Assembly: GCA_040376255.1 (NCBI GenBank)
Contig: JBEIQZ010000001.1
Coordinates: 1 to 57,170 of the forward strand
DNA: 57,170 bases
Reading direction: 5' to 3'
DNA from: Alphaproteobacteria bacterium
GTDB lineage: Bacteria > Myxococcota_A > UBA796 > SXON01
In this document: positions 11,085 to 21,700 of the stretch, one piece after another
Layout of the letters: every line of letters starts with the position of its first letter
Numbering within the stretch: position 1 is the first letter of the stretch
Translations under genes and position numbers: made by a program
The notes under the pieces: model-generated
Database searches by the model: none
What the model saw: the letters and a program-made list of their open reading frames with translations, nothing else
What the model was told of the DNA's origin: nothing

Positions 11085-11351
11085 GTGGCTGCCGTCCGCC
11101 CTGCTCCGGGTCTCATCGTCCGCGCGCTCCTCGCGCTGATCAGGGGCTGGCAACGCTTTGTCTCAGCCTGGATGCCCCCGGTCTGCAGGTTCTACCCTTC
11201 CTGCAGCCGCTATACGGCAGAGGCCATCCAGGTGTGGGGGCCGTTCCACGGCTCCTGGCTGGGCGTCAAGCGCATCTGCCGCTGCCACCCGTTTCACCCA
11301 GGCGGCCTCGATCCGGTGCCGCTTCCGCCCGGAGAGAAGAGATCGTCATGA
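11085..11351 (+). CDS. yidD: Membrane protein insertion efficiency factor YidD
   Basis: [15 protein letters not shown]...[24 protein letters not shown] signature. The start is uncertain; the in-frame GTG at 11085 was chosen. The stop overlaps the yidC ATG (ATGA). Confidence 0.8.
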   Translation: MAAVRPAPGLIVRALLALIRGWQRFVSAWMPPVCRFYPSCSRYTAEAIQVWGPFHGSWLGVKRICRCHPFHPGGLDPVPLPPGEKRSS

Positions 11352-12991
11352 AGGATCAGGATCGCAGAACCCTCCTGGCGATGATTCTCGCCCTGGCCAC
11401 CTATTACGTCTGGTCGGTCTTCTTCATAAAGCCCCCGGAGCCCGCTGAGATCCCGGTCAGCGGCGCGCCTGCGGTCGGCACCCCCGACGGCACCCCCGCC
11501 GGTACCCCCGGCGTCCTGACCGCTCCGGCCGCGCAGCCCGCCCCGGACTTCTCCTGTACCGACGCCCGCACCACCTTCGGGAGCGCGGTCCGGTTCGAGC
11601 TCTCCGACTGCGGCGGTATACGGAAGGTGGAGATCCCCGGCTACGAGGCAGCCATCCAGGTCACCCCCTGGTGGACCTGGATCTGGGGCCGCGTCACCGG
11701 CACCCACAGCGGCGGCTGGGCGCCCTATCACAGCGCCGGCACCGCCCAGAACCTCGCCTCCGGCCGCTTCGCCGAGGCGGGCGCGGGCGATCCCCTGCTC
11801 GCCTCCACCGGGCTTTGGAAGATCCAGCCCGGCACGGGCGAGAGCGTCGAGGCCTCGTATACCACCCCGAACGGGGTCCTCATCCGCCGCGTCCTGAGCG
11901 CCACCGCTGAGCCGGACATCTACGATCTCTCCTGGCGCTGGGAGGCGCCCGCCGGGGCGCAGGGACCGTTCTGGGTCGGGCTGCAGGAGGAGCTTGTCAA
12001 GACCAGCGGCCCCTACGATCCGCACCTGCGCCTCGCTGCGGTGGTCGATGACTCCCTGGAGCAGCTCCACGCGCCCGAAGACGCCGCCGCCGGGCTGGTG
12101 TGGGACGGGCCTGTTTCGTGGATCGGACTGGAAGATCGGTACTTCGTCGCCGCCCTCCAGCCGCAGGATGTCCTCACAGACGTCCGCATCGCGACCGATG
12201 CAGGCGGCCTGACCCGCGCCTGGGTGCGGGCGACGAAGGAGTCGCTGACCCCCGGCGAGTCGGTGGAGCTGCGCTTCCGGCTGTACGTCGGCCCCAAGGA
12301 TGTGGAGCGCATGGCGGCGCTGGGCGGGGGGCTGGAAAAATCAGCCAACCTCGGTATCTTCGGGTTTTTTTCGAAGATCCTCCTGTTCTTCCTGGATCTG
12401 TTCTACCTCGGCGTGAAGAACTGGGGCATCGCGATCATCTGCCTCACCTTCTTCGTGCGCGCCAGCCTCTACCCCATCGCCTCGCGCGCCTTCAAGAGCG
12501 CCAAGGCTATGCAGGTGATCCAGCCGATGATGAAGGAGATCCAGGAGAAATACGCCGATGACAAGGAGCGTCTGAACGCCGAGTTGATGAAGCTTTTCAG
12601 CGAGTACAAGGTCAACCCCTTCGGCGGCTGCCTGCCGATGTTTGTGCAGATGCCTGTCTTCTTCGCGCTCTACTCCGCGCTCCAGGTCACGCCGAAGCTC
12701 TATCACCAGCCCTTCTGGTATATCCAGGATCTCTCTGCCCCCGATCCCTATGGCGTGTTCCCCGCCTTCATGGCCGTCGGCATGGTCGTCCAGCAACAAC
12801 TCACCCCGATGACCGGCATGGATCCCGCTCAACAGCGGATCATGAAATTCATGCCGTTGATGTTCGCGCTGTTCATGTTCACCGTGCCGTCAGGCCTCGC
12901 TGTCTACTACGCGATCAACACCGTCCTCAGTATCCTTCAACAGTGGCACAATATGCGGAGCTATTCGCTCTCCGCTCCGAAGCCGGCCTGA
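11348..12991 (+). CDS. yidC: Membrane protein insertase YidC
   Basis: Starts at ATG 11348 ([22 protein letters not shown]). Conserved C-terminal core includes [20 protein letters not shown]. Confidence 0.95.
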   Translation: MKDQDRRTLLAMILALATYYVWSVFFIKPPEPAEIPVSGAPAVGTPDGTPAGTPGVLTAPAAQPAPDFSCTDARTTFGSAVRFELSDCGGIRKVEIPGYEAAIQVTPWWTWIWGRVTGTHSGGWAPYHSAGTAQNLASGRFAEAGAGDPLLASTGLWKIQPGTGESVEASYTTPNGVLIRRVLSATAEPDIYDLSWRWEAPAGAQGPFWVGLQEELVKTSGPYDPHLRLAAVVDDSLEQLHAPEDAAAGLVWDGPVSWIGLEDRYFVAALQPQDVLTDVRIATDAGGLTRAWVRATKESLTPGESVELRFRLYVGPKDVERMAALGGGLEKSANLGIFGFFSKILLFFLDLFYLGVKNWGIAIICLTFFVRASLYPIASRAFKSAKAMQVIQPMMKEIQEKYADDKERLNAELMKLFSEYKVNPFGGCLPMFVQMPVFFALYSALQVTPKLYHQPFWYIQDLSAPDPYGVFPAFMAVGMVVQQQLTPMTGMDPAQQRIMKFMPLMFALFMFTVPSGLAVYYAINTVLSILQQWHNMRSYSLSAPKPA

Positions 12992-13021
12992 GCCTGGCAC
13001 TCTCCCGACAAGAGGTATCCG

Positions 13022-14170
13022 ATGAACGTACCTGAGAATCATGTAGTCGCCGAAGGGCGCACCCTCCGCGCCGCCCTCGACATCGCCGCCGAACAGCTTG
13101 GCGTCTCTGCTGATGCCGTCGAGCACAAGATCGACCTGCGCCACTTCCGCTCTGCCCAGGGGACCGGGATCGGCGTCGACACGGTCAAGGTCTTCGCCTG
13201 GATCCGCACCGGCCCGCCCCCGGCCCGGCCTGAGCCCCGGCCTGAGCCCCGGCCTGAGCCCCGGTCTGAGCCCCGGTCTGAGCCCCGGTCTGAGCCCCGG
13301 CCCGAGCCCCGCGCAGAGGCATACGGCGAACCCCGGCCCGAACCCCGGCCTGCTGCGCCGAGCCTGCCGCCCAGCCCTGCCGCCAGCGCGGCAGAGAAGT
13401 GGCTGCGCGACCTGCTGATCGCGATGAACATCCCCGGCAAGGTGTCTGTCACCTCCACACGGGATGAGGTCGTCCTCTCCCTCGACGCTGGAGAGCAGGC
13501 CCGTCACCTCGTCGGCAAGCGCGGCGCCACCCTCCACGCCATCCAGCACCTCCTCCACCTCTCCCTGCGCGATCGTTTCAACGATGAGCGCTTCCAGATC
13601 GACATCGCTGGAGGTGATCGCGACGAGCGGCGCGATGACCGGCGCGATGACCGGCGCGGCCCCCCCCGCGACGAGCGGCGCGATGACCGGCGCGATGACC
13701 GGCGCGGCCCCCCCCGCGACGAGCGGCGCGATGCCCCGCGCAGTGACCGCCCGCGCGATGATCGCCCCCGCGATGACCGCCCGCGCGATGACCGCCCCCG
13801 CGATGACCGCCCCCGCGATGACCGCCCCCGTGATGACCGCCCCCGCGATGACCGCCCCCGCGATGACCGTCGCGGGCCGCCGCGCGATGACCGTCGCGGG
13901 CCGCCGCGCGATGATCGCGGTCGCCGTAGCCGGGACGCTGAGGAGGAGGATCTGAAGCGCCTCGCCCGCAAGCTCGCGCAGCGCGTGCTGGCGACCGGCG
14001 AGCCGGAGCTGCTGCGCCGCGAGCTCAACAGCTATGACCGCCGCCTCGTCCACCTGGAGGTGGGCCGGATCGAGGGTGTCATGACCCGGTCGGTCGGTGA
14101 GGGCGTGGATCGCCGGATCGAGATCCTGCCAGGCGACGCCGGCAGCTCCGGCGAGGGCGCGGAGAGCTGA
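13022..14170 (+). CDS. jag: Jag/KhpB-like RNA-binding protein (Jag_N, KH, R3H) with two expanded low-complexity inserts
   Basis: N-terminal Jag_N-like segment, a KH-like segment (HLVGKRGATLHAIQHLL) and an R3H-like C-terminus (LNSYDRRLVHLEV). Position between yidC and mnmE. The domains are separated by PEPR and RDDRP repeat blocks. Confidence 0.85.
   Translation: MNVPENHVVAEGRTLRAALDIAAEQLGVSADAVEHKIDLRHFRSAQGTGIGVDTVKVFAWIRTGPPPARPEPRPEPRPEPRSEPRSEPRSEPRPEPRAEAYGEPRPEPRPAAPSLPPSPAASAAEKWLRDLLIAMNIPGKVSVTSTRDEVVLSLDAGEQARHLVGKRGATLHAIQHLLHLSLRDRFNDERFQIDIAGGDRDERRDDRRDDRRGPPRDERRDDRRDDRRGPPRDERRDAPRSDRPRDDRPRDDRPRDDRPRDDRPRDDRPRDDRPRDDRPRDDRRGPPRDDRRGPPRDDRGRRSRDAEEEDLKRLARKLAQRVLATGEPELLRRELNSYDRRLVHLEVGRIEGVMTRSVGEGVDRRIEILPGDAGSSGEGAES
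13222..13312. repeat. 12-bp tandem repeat (ccggcctgagcc-like, about 7 units) coding (P/S)EPR repeats in jag
   Basis: Read directly; the units are in frame. Translation: PEPRPEPRPEPRSEPRSEPRSEPRPEPR. Confidence 0.9.
13617..13925. repeat. Nested tandem repeats (15-bp cgcgatgaccgcccc units plus longer duplicated units) coding RDDRP / RDERRDDRRDDRRGPP repeats in jag
   Basis: Read directly. The block encodes about 100 aa composed almost only of R, D, P, G and E, lying between the KH and R3H segments. Confidence 0.9.
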
Positions 14171-14174
14171 GCCG

Positions 14175-15533
14175 GTGCTGGCTGATGCGCCGATCGTCGC
14201 CTGCCTGACCCCGTGGGGGGCGGGCGCCGTCTCGGCGCTGCGGCTCTCCGGGTCGGGCCTGCCGGAGATCCTCGCCCGGCTCTGCCAGCCGGGCCGGTTG
14301 CCGCCGCCCCGCCACGCGCGGCTTGTGCGCTTCCGCGACGCGGGAGGCTTTTTTGATGAGGGCCTGCTGCTGTGGATGCCCGGGCCGCGCTCCTGGACAG
14401 GGGAGGACGTGGCAGAGCTTTCCTGCCACGGGAACCCGCTGATCGTGGATCGGCTGCTGCAGGCATGCATCGACGCAGGGGCGCGGATGGCGCGACCGGG
14501 GGAGTTCAGCCGGAGGGCGGTGCTGAACGGACGCATGGATCTGTGCCGGGCTGAGGCGGTGCTGCAGACGCTCAGCGCGACATCAGCAGCGGGGCTGGAA
14601 TTGGCGCGGCAGGGGCGGGAGGGGCGGATCAGCGGGGTGGCGGAGGCGCTGCGCGCTGCGCTCGCGGACATCGCCGCCGATCTGGAGGCGATCCTCGACT
14701 ACCCGGGCGAGGATCTGCTGCTCCCTGACGACGCTGCGATCCGGGCGAGGCTGCTGGCGCAGGCGGCGGAGGCCGACCGGATCAGCGACACCTTCCGCGC
14801 CGGGCGGTTGGCGATCCAGGGGGCGCGCGTCGCCCTCGTCGGCCCGGTCAACGCCGGAAAGTCCAGCCTGTTCAACGCGCTGCTGGGCCGGAGCCGGGCG
14901 CTCGTGAGCCCCATCCCCGGCACCACCCGCGACATCGTGGAGAGCCCCCTCCAGCTCCCCGGCGTGCAGGTGCTGCTGCTCGACACCGCCGGGCTGCGCG
15001 CCTCCGGCGCCCCCGCCACCGATCCGATCGAGCAGGCCGGGCTCGATCTCGCCGCCGGGCTGATCGCAGAGGCCGATCTCCGCCTGCTCGTGTGGGACGG
15101 CAGCGCCGCCCCGCCAGATCTGGATCGCTACGCCGCCCTCGGCCCCTGCCTCCATGTCCGCACCCACGCCGACCTCTGCGCCGCGCCCCCCGATCCCGCT
15201 GCCCCCGATCCCGCCCCCGATCCCGCCACCCTCTCTGTCTCCAGCCGCACCGGCGCGGGCATGGAGGCGCTGAAGATGGCGATCCAGGCCGCCCTCGTCG
15301 GAGAGGAGCCCGGCGGCGTCGGCCTCCGGCTCGCGAGCGAGCGGCAGCGCGACCTGTTCCGGGCGGCGGCGGCGGCGGCGCGGGCGGCGGCAGAGGCGCT
15401 GCCGTCCGGCGGCCCTGCAGTCGCCGCCGAGCGGCTGTACGGGGGATTGGAGGCGCTCGACAGCCTGACAGGGCGGGAGACGCGGGAGTCAGTGATGGAT
15501 CGGTTGTTTGAGAAGTTCTGCGTTGGAAAATAA
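14175..15533 (+). CDS. mnmE: tRNA modification GTPase MnmE
   Basis: GTG 14175 lies 4 nt after the jag stop. G-domain GPVNAGKSSLFNALLG and DTAGLR. Canonical C-terminal CVGK. Confidence 0.92.
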   Translation: MLADAPIVACLTPWGAGAVSALRLSGSGLPEILARLCQPGRLPPPRHARLVRFRDAGGFFDEGLLLWMPGPRSWTGEDVAELSCHGNPLIVDRLLQACIDAGARMARPGEFSRRAVLNGRMDLCRAEAVLQTLSATSAAGLELARQGREGRISGVAEALRAALADIAADLEAILDYPGEDLLLPDDAAIRARLLAQAAEADRISDTFRAGRLAIQGARVALVGPVNAGKSSLFNALLGRSRALVSPIPGTTRDIVESPLQLPGVQVLLLDTAGLRASGAPATDPIEQAGLDLAAGLIAEADLRLLVWDGSAAPPDLDRYAALGPCLHVRTHADLCAAPPDPAAPDPAPDPATLSVSSRTGAGMEALKMAIQAALVGEEPGGVGLRLASERQRDLFRAAAAAARAAAEALPSGGPAVAAERLYGGLEALDSLTGRETRESVMDRLFEKFCVGK

Positions 15534-15803
15534 ATATATACCGTAAACTTCAACCGCAGACCTCCACTCGTCTTTTACTGTCCGCCCATTCTCCTGGCGT
15601 GTTCCCCGATACGCCCCGGCTGGCCCGGTGGACGTAAGGGGCGTAAACCCCAAAAGAGCCCCCGACATCATAGATATTACCGCCCCTTCCGTTCACCCCC
15701 GGCACGGGCCAGCCGTCGCGCGCCAATGCGCGCGGGGGGAGGCACCAGCGAAGCGCAGTGCCGATGCGGGGTTCCCCCCGCAAAAACAGGTTATCTCTAC
15801 GGC

Positions 15804-16772
15804 ATGATGCACCTGTTTGTGATGGATCCGATCGATCAGCTGAACTACCGGCATGATTCGACGTGGATGATGATGCGGGAGTGTTCGCGGCGCGGAGACA
15901 GGGTGGCGTGGTGTCACCCGGCGGCGATGTATGCGCGCGCGGGGCGCGCGTGGGCGCGGGCGCAGGCGGTGGTGGCGCTGGAGGGGGCGCCGTATTTTGA
16001 GGTCTCCGGGCCGGGGGACGGTTGGGCTGAGGTGGGGCTGGACGAGGCGGACGTCGTGTGGATGCGGAAGGATCCGCCGTTCGACATGACCTACATCTAC
16101 GCGACCTACCTGCTGGGGATGACGACGGCGCTGGTGGTGAATGAGCCGGGGGGGCTGCGGAGCCGGAACGAGAAGCTGTTCGCGTTCTCGTTCCCGGATC
16201 TGACGCCGGAGACGCTGATCACGGCGGACATCGGGCGGATCATCGCTTTCGCGGAGGAGCAGCCGGATCGGGTGGTGCTGAAGCCCTGGGACGGGAACGG
16301 GGGGCGCGGGGTGCTGGTGAGCCACAAGCGCGATCCGAACCTGCGGTCGATGGCGGAGATCCTGACCGGGGACGGGCGGTTCTCGATCATCGCGCAGCGG
16401 CACATCCCTGAGATCGTCGAGGGAGACAAGCGCGTCCTGCTGATCGAGGGGGAGCCGGTGGGGGCGATGCTGCGCGTGCCGACGGGGCGCGATCACCGGG
16501 GGAACATGCATGCGGGGGCGGGGGTCGTGGCATGCGGCCTCAGCGCGCGCGACCGCGAGATCTGCGACCGCATCGGTCCGATCCTGAGGAGGGAGGGGTT
16601 CGTGTTCGTGGGGATCGACATCATCGGCGGCCTCCTGACGGAGATCAACGTCACCAGCCCCACGGGCATCCAGGACATCAACCGGCTCGCAGGGAGTGCG
16701 CCGGGCGGGGGGATCGAGGTGAAGCTCTATGATGCGGTCGCGGCGCGCCATGCCAGTCGCTCCCGCGCCTGA
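15804..16772 (+). CDS. gshB: Glutathione synthetase (prokaryotic ATP-grasp type)
   Basis: Starts at ATG 15804 (MMHLFVMDPIDQLNYRHDSTWMMMRE). Contains LKPWDGNGGRGV and an ATP-grasp C-terminal part. Confidence 0.85.
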   Translation: MMHLFVMDPIDQLNYRHDSTWMMMRECSRRGDRVAWCHPAAMYARAGRAWARAQAVVALEGAPYFEVSGPGDGWAEVGLDEADVVWMRKDPPFDMTYIYATYLLGMTTALVVNEPGGLRSRNEKLFAFSFPDLTPETLITADIGRIIAFAEEQPDRVVLKPWDGNGGRGVLVSHKRDPNLRSMAEILTGDGRFSIIAQRHIPEIVEGDKRVLLIEGEPVGAMLRVPTGRDHRGNMHAGAGVVACGLSARDREICDRIGPILRREGFVFVGIDIIGGLLTEINVTSPTGIQDINRLAGSAPGGGIEVKLYDAVAARHASRSRA

Positions 16773-16821
16773 GATCAGCGCGCATGAAATGCGTGCTGAT
16801 TCACCTCCCTCTGATATGTTG
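16773..16821. repeat. Short palindromic repeat element, truncated intergenic copy
   Basis: atcagcgcgcatgaaatgcgtgctgat matches the reverse complement of 23452-23478 at 25 of 27 positions. gattcacctccctctgatatg matches 23415-23435 at 18 of 21 positions. The hairpin is agcgcgcat/atgcgtgct. The element supplies the ATG of the downstream TPR gene. Confidence 0.7.
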
Positions 16822-18060
16822 GAGCGGCTGAGCCGGAGGCGGCTGCTGGCGGGGCTGACGGCGGGGCTGACGGCGGGGCTGACGGCGCGTCCGGCGCGGG
16901 CGGAGGAGCCGGAAGAGCAGGAGGATCTGTCGGAGAACACGATCACCGGGCGCGCGCCGCCGCCGGCGTCGCTCATCCCGGTGACCCCGACGCTGGCGGC
17001 GGCGCCGCCGGCGGAGCTGGTGGCGCGGCAGCTGGGGGTGCCGCTGGATCTGGCGGCGGGGCTTCAGGCGGCCTGCGAGGGGATCTACGCGCGGGACTAC
17101 GCCGGGGCGAAGGCGGTGCTGGATCGGCTCACGGCGCAGTACCCGACGACGGGGGTGGGGCCGCTCGGCCACTCGATCATCTACCAGGCGTTGATGCTGG
17201 AGAACGTCGACTTCCGCTATGAGCGGGCCTGGCAGGCGGCCTGGGAGGCGACGCAGGCGCAGCTAAGCGCCGGGACGACCGGGGAGGCGAAGCGCGAGCT
17301 GGAGGCGCTGAAGGCGTTCATCCGGGCGGGATCGACGGGGCTGATGGCGATCCACCTGCTCCGGAAGAACGAGTGGGTGAGCGCGCTGGCGCAGGCGGTG
17401 GACGCGATGAATTCGCTGGAGCGCGCCTCCGCGCTGGCGCCGGAATTCGTGGACGTGCGGATCGGGGACGGGCTGTACCTGTACTGGCGCTCGGTGGTGA
17501 CGCTCCAGAGCCGGCTGTTGCCCCCGTTCCCTGACCGGCGTGCGGAGGGCTTCGCGCTGCTCCAGCAGGCGGAGCAGGAGGCGGCGTTCCTGGGGCCGGG
17601 GGCGAGCATCGCGCTCGTCTACTCCTGCATCGAGGAGCGGCGGCTGGATCTGGCGCTGGAGCGGTGCGCGTATCTGCGGCGGCGCTACCCGTCGAACGTG
17701 CTGAACCTGCTGACGATGGGGCGGGTGCTCTCAGCGATGCAGCGGCACGAGGAGGCGCTCCAGCTCTACGCGCACATCCGGGCGAAAATATCGTCCAACC
17801 AGCGGGTGTGGTACCAGGAGGCGGTTGCGCACACGCGGCTGGGGCGGTTCAGCGATGCGGAGCGGTGCCTGAAGATCTACCTGGGGTTCATCGACGTCAC
17901 GGCAGAGAACAAGGCGCAGACGCAGTTCCGGCTCGGGCAGGTCTACGAGAAGCTGCAGCGCCCGGCTGAGGCGCGGCGGTGGTATGAGGAGGCGATCCGG
18001 CTGACCGGGCATGCGGGCGCGGCGGCGGCGCTGAAGCGGCTGGATCGGCTGGGACTGTAG
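16816..18060 (+). CDS. Exported TPR-repeat protein with a twin-arginine-like signal
   Basis: MLERLSRRRLLAGLTAGLTAGLTARPARA, followed by TPR-like helical repeats. The start was chosen at ATG 16816; the track ORF begins at 16729 and would overlap gshB. Confidence 0.65.
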   Translation: MLERLSRRRLLAGLTAGLTAGLTARPARAEEPEEQEDLSENTITGRAPPPASLIPVTPTLAAAPPAELVARQLGVPLDLAAGLQAACEGIYARDYAGAKAVLDRLTAQYPTTGVGPLGHSIIYQALMLENVDFRYERAWQAAWEATQAQLSAGTTGEAKRELEALKAFIRAGSTGLMAIHLLRKNEWVSALAQAVDAMNSLERASALAPEFVDVRIGDGLYLYWRSVVTLQSRLLPPFPDRRAEGFALLQQAEQEAAFLGPGASIALVYSCIEERRLDLALERCAYLRRRYPSNVLNLLTMGRVLSAMQRHEEALQLYAHIRAKISSNQRVWYQEAVAHTRLGRFSDAERCLKIYLGFIDVTAENKAQTQFRLGQVYEKLQRPAEARRWYEEAIRLTGHAGAAAALKRLDRLGL

Positions 18061-18080
18061 GGGAGCCACGGGAGGGAGCG

Positions 18081-18680
18081 ATGTCGTTTTCGGTGTCACT
18101 GTGGGGGGCGATGTGGCTGGCTGCGATGTCCGGCTGCGTGACCGCCCCCGCGCCAGAGCGGCTGCTGGAGGTGCCTGAATTCTCGCTGGTGGATCAGGGC
18201 GGGCAGCCAGTGGGGCGCGCCGATCTGGCGGGGGAGGTGTGGCTCGCGGCGTTCATCTTCACCTCCTGTCCGGGGCCCTGCCCGATGATCTCCGGGCACA
18301 TGAAGGAGATCCAGGAGCACTACCGCGACGCACCGGCGGCGGCGGATCTGCGGCTGCTGTCGTTCACCGTCGATCCGGCGACCGACCGGCCGGAGGTGCT
18401 GCGCGCCTACGGGGAGCGGTTCGGGGCGGACTTCGGGCGCTGGCGGCTGCTGACGGGCGAGCCTGCGGCGGTGGAGGCGCTGATCGTCGGCGGGTTCAAG
18501 CAGGCGCTGCAGCGGCTCCCGCCGCCTGAGGGGGCGGCAGGCCCGGTCAACATCCTCCATGCCGAGCGGCTGATGCTGGTGGATCGGGCGGGCTGGATGC
18601 GCGGGCTGCCCGATCCGTATGAGCCGGACAAGCGGCGGCTGTACGCGATGGTGGACGCGGTGCTGGCGGAGGGAGGCTGA
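18081..18680 (+). CDS. SCO1/SenC family copper chaperone (thioredoxin fold), lipoprotein-like signal
   Basis: FIFTSCPGPCP CxxxC motif, a downstream His (ILHAERL region), and an LAAMSGC lipobox. Confidence 0.8.
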   Translation: MSFSVSLWGAMWLAAMSGCVTAPAPERLLEVPEFSLVDQGGQPVGRADLAGEVWLAAFIFTSCPGPCPMISGHMKEIQEHYRDAPAAADLRLLSFTVDPATDRPEVLRAYGERFGADFGRWRLLTGEPAAVEALIVGGFKQALQRLPPPEGAAGPVNILHAERLMLVDRAGWMRGLPDPYEPDKRRLYAMVDAVLAEGG

Positions 18681-18713
18681 TCGCGCAGCGGGCGACCATC
18701 CGCCGTCTATTCT

Positions 18714-21700
18714 TTATAGAGCTGTGCGAAATGCTGAAATCAGTTCCATCAGGCACTCGCTGGTGAAGACGGGGCTGAGCGCGCCGAAGGGGCGGGGCTG
18801 GCTGCTGGCGGCCTGGTAGAGCCGCACCTTCCCGACGCGCTGCGGCGGCTGATCAGCGGGGGGCGCGGGCGAGAGGCCCGGCTCCAATTCCAGCTCGACG
18901 ATAAAATTTCCGACGATCCGGTTGATCGGCGCCTCGCCGCCGCCCCCCCGCTCCCAGCCGCGTGACAGCAGCCCAAACAGCGGCCCCGGCTGCACGCTCC
19001 GGCCCTCCCAGCGGGTGAGGGCGGGGCTGGCGCGCTCTGAGGGGGTGAGCGCGTAGAATTCACGGGCGAGCTGCGGGAAGGGCTGGGCGATGCCGTAGTC
19101 CCCGAAGACGCGCGCCCAGGCGTCCCGCGCGGCGCCGGTCATCAGCAGCGGGTGGGAGAGCCGGACGGCGGCGCCGGGGGGGAGTGCCATCGGCAGATCG
19201 TCAACGTCGGCGGCGCTGCCGTCCTCAGCGATCCGGAACCGGATCGGCGCGTCCTCCCCGGCGGGGACGATCTCCCAGAGCAGGCGCCGGGCGAGGCCGG
19301 AGAGGAGCGGGTGGTCGGCGATGCAGTCGCGGAAGGTGCGGTGCGGCCACGCCTGCTGGCTGCAGAGCGCCTCCTCGAAGCGGCGGAGCTGCTGCCTGGA
19401 GATCTCCTTGAGATCCTGCCGGAGCGCAGCCCAGCGCGCGGCGGCCTCGGCGGCGAGCGCGGGATCGTCGGACTTCAGCGGGCGCGGCAGCGTCTGGAGC
19501 GGCGCCCCGGCGCCTGCCCCGGCGTCCGCTCCGGAGATGGCGTAGAGGCGCGGCTGGAGGAAGGTGTCGAGCCGGATCTCGAAGCAGCGCGGGCCGAAGT
19601 CGAGCAGCATCCGGCCTGCGGCGTCGAGCCCGAGATCCGGGACGAGCTGATCGGCGAATTCTCCGGGGAGGAGGCCCCGCCGCGCCGCGAGATCGGAGAG
19701 CAGGCGCTCCGCCTCCCGCCGGAGTCCGGGCTGGCGGGCGCGGGCCGTCCCGGCGAGGTGGAGCAGGCCGACCGGGGAGGGGTGGGCGGCGAGGACGGGC
19801 AGGGCGGCGAGGGCGCTCTGCTGATCGCCGTCGCTGATCCAGGCGCGGAGGCGCGCGCCCAGCAGGCGGATCGCCGCCCCGTCGCCCCAGAACGCCAGGG
19901 ACTTCAGCGCCCAGCGCCCGGCGGCGGGGCGGCCCTCCAGATCCCAGTGCTGGAAGGCGGCTGCGGCGAAGGCGGCGAGGGAGGCCGGGGTGCAGGCGTC
20001 GCCTGCGTCGGCGATCCCGGCGTAGGGGGTGGTCAGATCGGTGAAGTGGAACATCGCAGCGACGAGCGGGAGCGACCCCGGCGGCAGGGACATACCGGCG
20101 TACGGCCCTGAAGCGAGGACGGGGGCGGGGAGCAGCGGGGGCATCCATCCGGTCTGGAGCGCGGAGCGCTTCGCCGGGAGATCGGAGAGCGGATCCCGAT
20201 CGAGCAGCAGCGCCAGGGCGGCGAGGGCCGCCGGGTCGGAGAGGGCGGCCTCCATGCGCGCCCTGAACCCGGCGGCGGCCAGGTGGCGGAGCGGGGGAGC
20301 GGCCTGCCGGGCGGCGGGGTCGGCGCCGGTGGCGGGCGGCAGCAGCGCCTGAACCGCGACCTCCGGCCACGCCCGGAGCCAGCGGATCGCCTGGGCGCGG
20401 TGGGCCTGCCGACCGAAGGCGGCGGCCATATGGCGGGCGACCTCCGGAGCGCCGAAGGGCATCATCACCTCCAGCCGCTGGCGCGCATGCGAGGCGGGCA
20501 GCGCGAGGAGCCCCGGCAGCGCCGCCGGGCCGAGCCAGGCCATCACCGCGCGCAGGTCAGCGAGGGAGATCCCCCACGCCGAGCAGGCCGTGCGGTTCCA
20601 GACCTCCAGCGCCATCCGATCCGGCAGCAATTCCAGCATTGACACGTCGGGCGCGCAGACGTCCTCAGCGTCGAGCGCCGCGCAGAGCGCGCTGAACAGC
20701 GCCGGGTCATCTGCGCGATCCGCTGCCAGCGGCGCGAAGGCCGCGTCGAGCCCAATGTACTCCAGCACCTCAACCACCGGCTCCTCCGTGTCTGCGGGGA
20801 TCTCCGTCTCGCGGGTCTGCAGCCACACGGCGCGGGCGGCGAGCCACTCCTCGCGTTGATCCTGCTCCCACCGTACGGCGGTCGGGCAGGGGGGCAGCGT
20901 GATCGGGGGCTGCCTCCGGCGGGCAGGGCGCTTCTGCAGCCAGGGCGGCTCGCGCAACACGCGCGGCAGGGCGCTGTCCGGGGCGCTGTCCCCGGCGGTG
21001 AGCTGGAGGCCGGAGAGCAGCAGCCGGGCGGCCTGCGCGGCGCGGGTGCGCCCGATCCCGGCCTGTTGGAGCGGCGCGATGGCGGCGCCGGGGTCGCGGA
21101 GGCAGGCGCGGCGCGCGTGTTCAAAACAGAAGGGTACATCCAGGTTGTGGAGCAGCGCAGGCAGCACGCGCGGGTCGTCGACCCCGGCCAGCACCTCGCG
21201 GATCCCTCCGTCGTCGTCGCGGGGCAGCATCCGGAGCAGCAGCGGGATCGCCCCCCTGCCGAACCGCCACAGCAGCGTCCGGCAGAGGGAGCGGCTGGAC
21301 TCCGTGAGCCCGTCCGAGAAGATGGGCGGGTCCGCCGGGGCGTCCGCCGGGGCGTCCGCCGGGGCGTCCGCCGGGGCGTTCAGCAGCCGATCCAGCCAGT
21401 CCGCCGACGGCGCTGAGAACAGCAGGCACTTAGGCAGCTCCCCTCCCCTCCCCTGCGCCGCCGCCCGCGTCACCACCCCCGGCACAAAGTCCGCGTCCGG
21501 GAACAGGAACGCCAGCGCAGCCCCCTGGATCGGGCTGCTCTCCGGCAGCCACGCCGCGACGAGATCCCGCAGCCGCGCCCACTCCGCCTCCGGCAGCGCG
21601 CACAGCATCCCCCGCAGCGGCAGCCACAGCCGCAGATCGCCGCTCCACAGCCCGCCGCCCCTGCGCTCCGCCGGATCGTCCACCAGCACCATCCGGCGGC

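Noticed and set aside
13222-13925. Possible CRISPR array suggested by the regular repeats
   Set aside because: The units are only 12-15 bp with no unique spacers, they are in frame inside jag, and no cas genes are in the window.
12890-14671. 593-aa minus-strand ORF spanning jag and the 5' part of mnmE
   Set aside because: It is antisense to two well-supported genes. Its composition is dominated by A, G, R and P, and its AGAVIAGAV runs are just the mirror image of the jag repeats. This is a typical high-GC shadow ORF.
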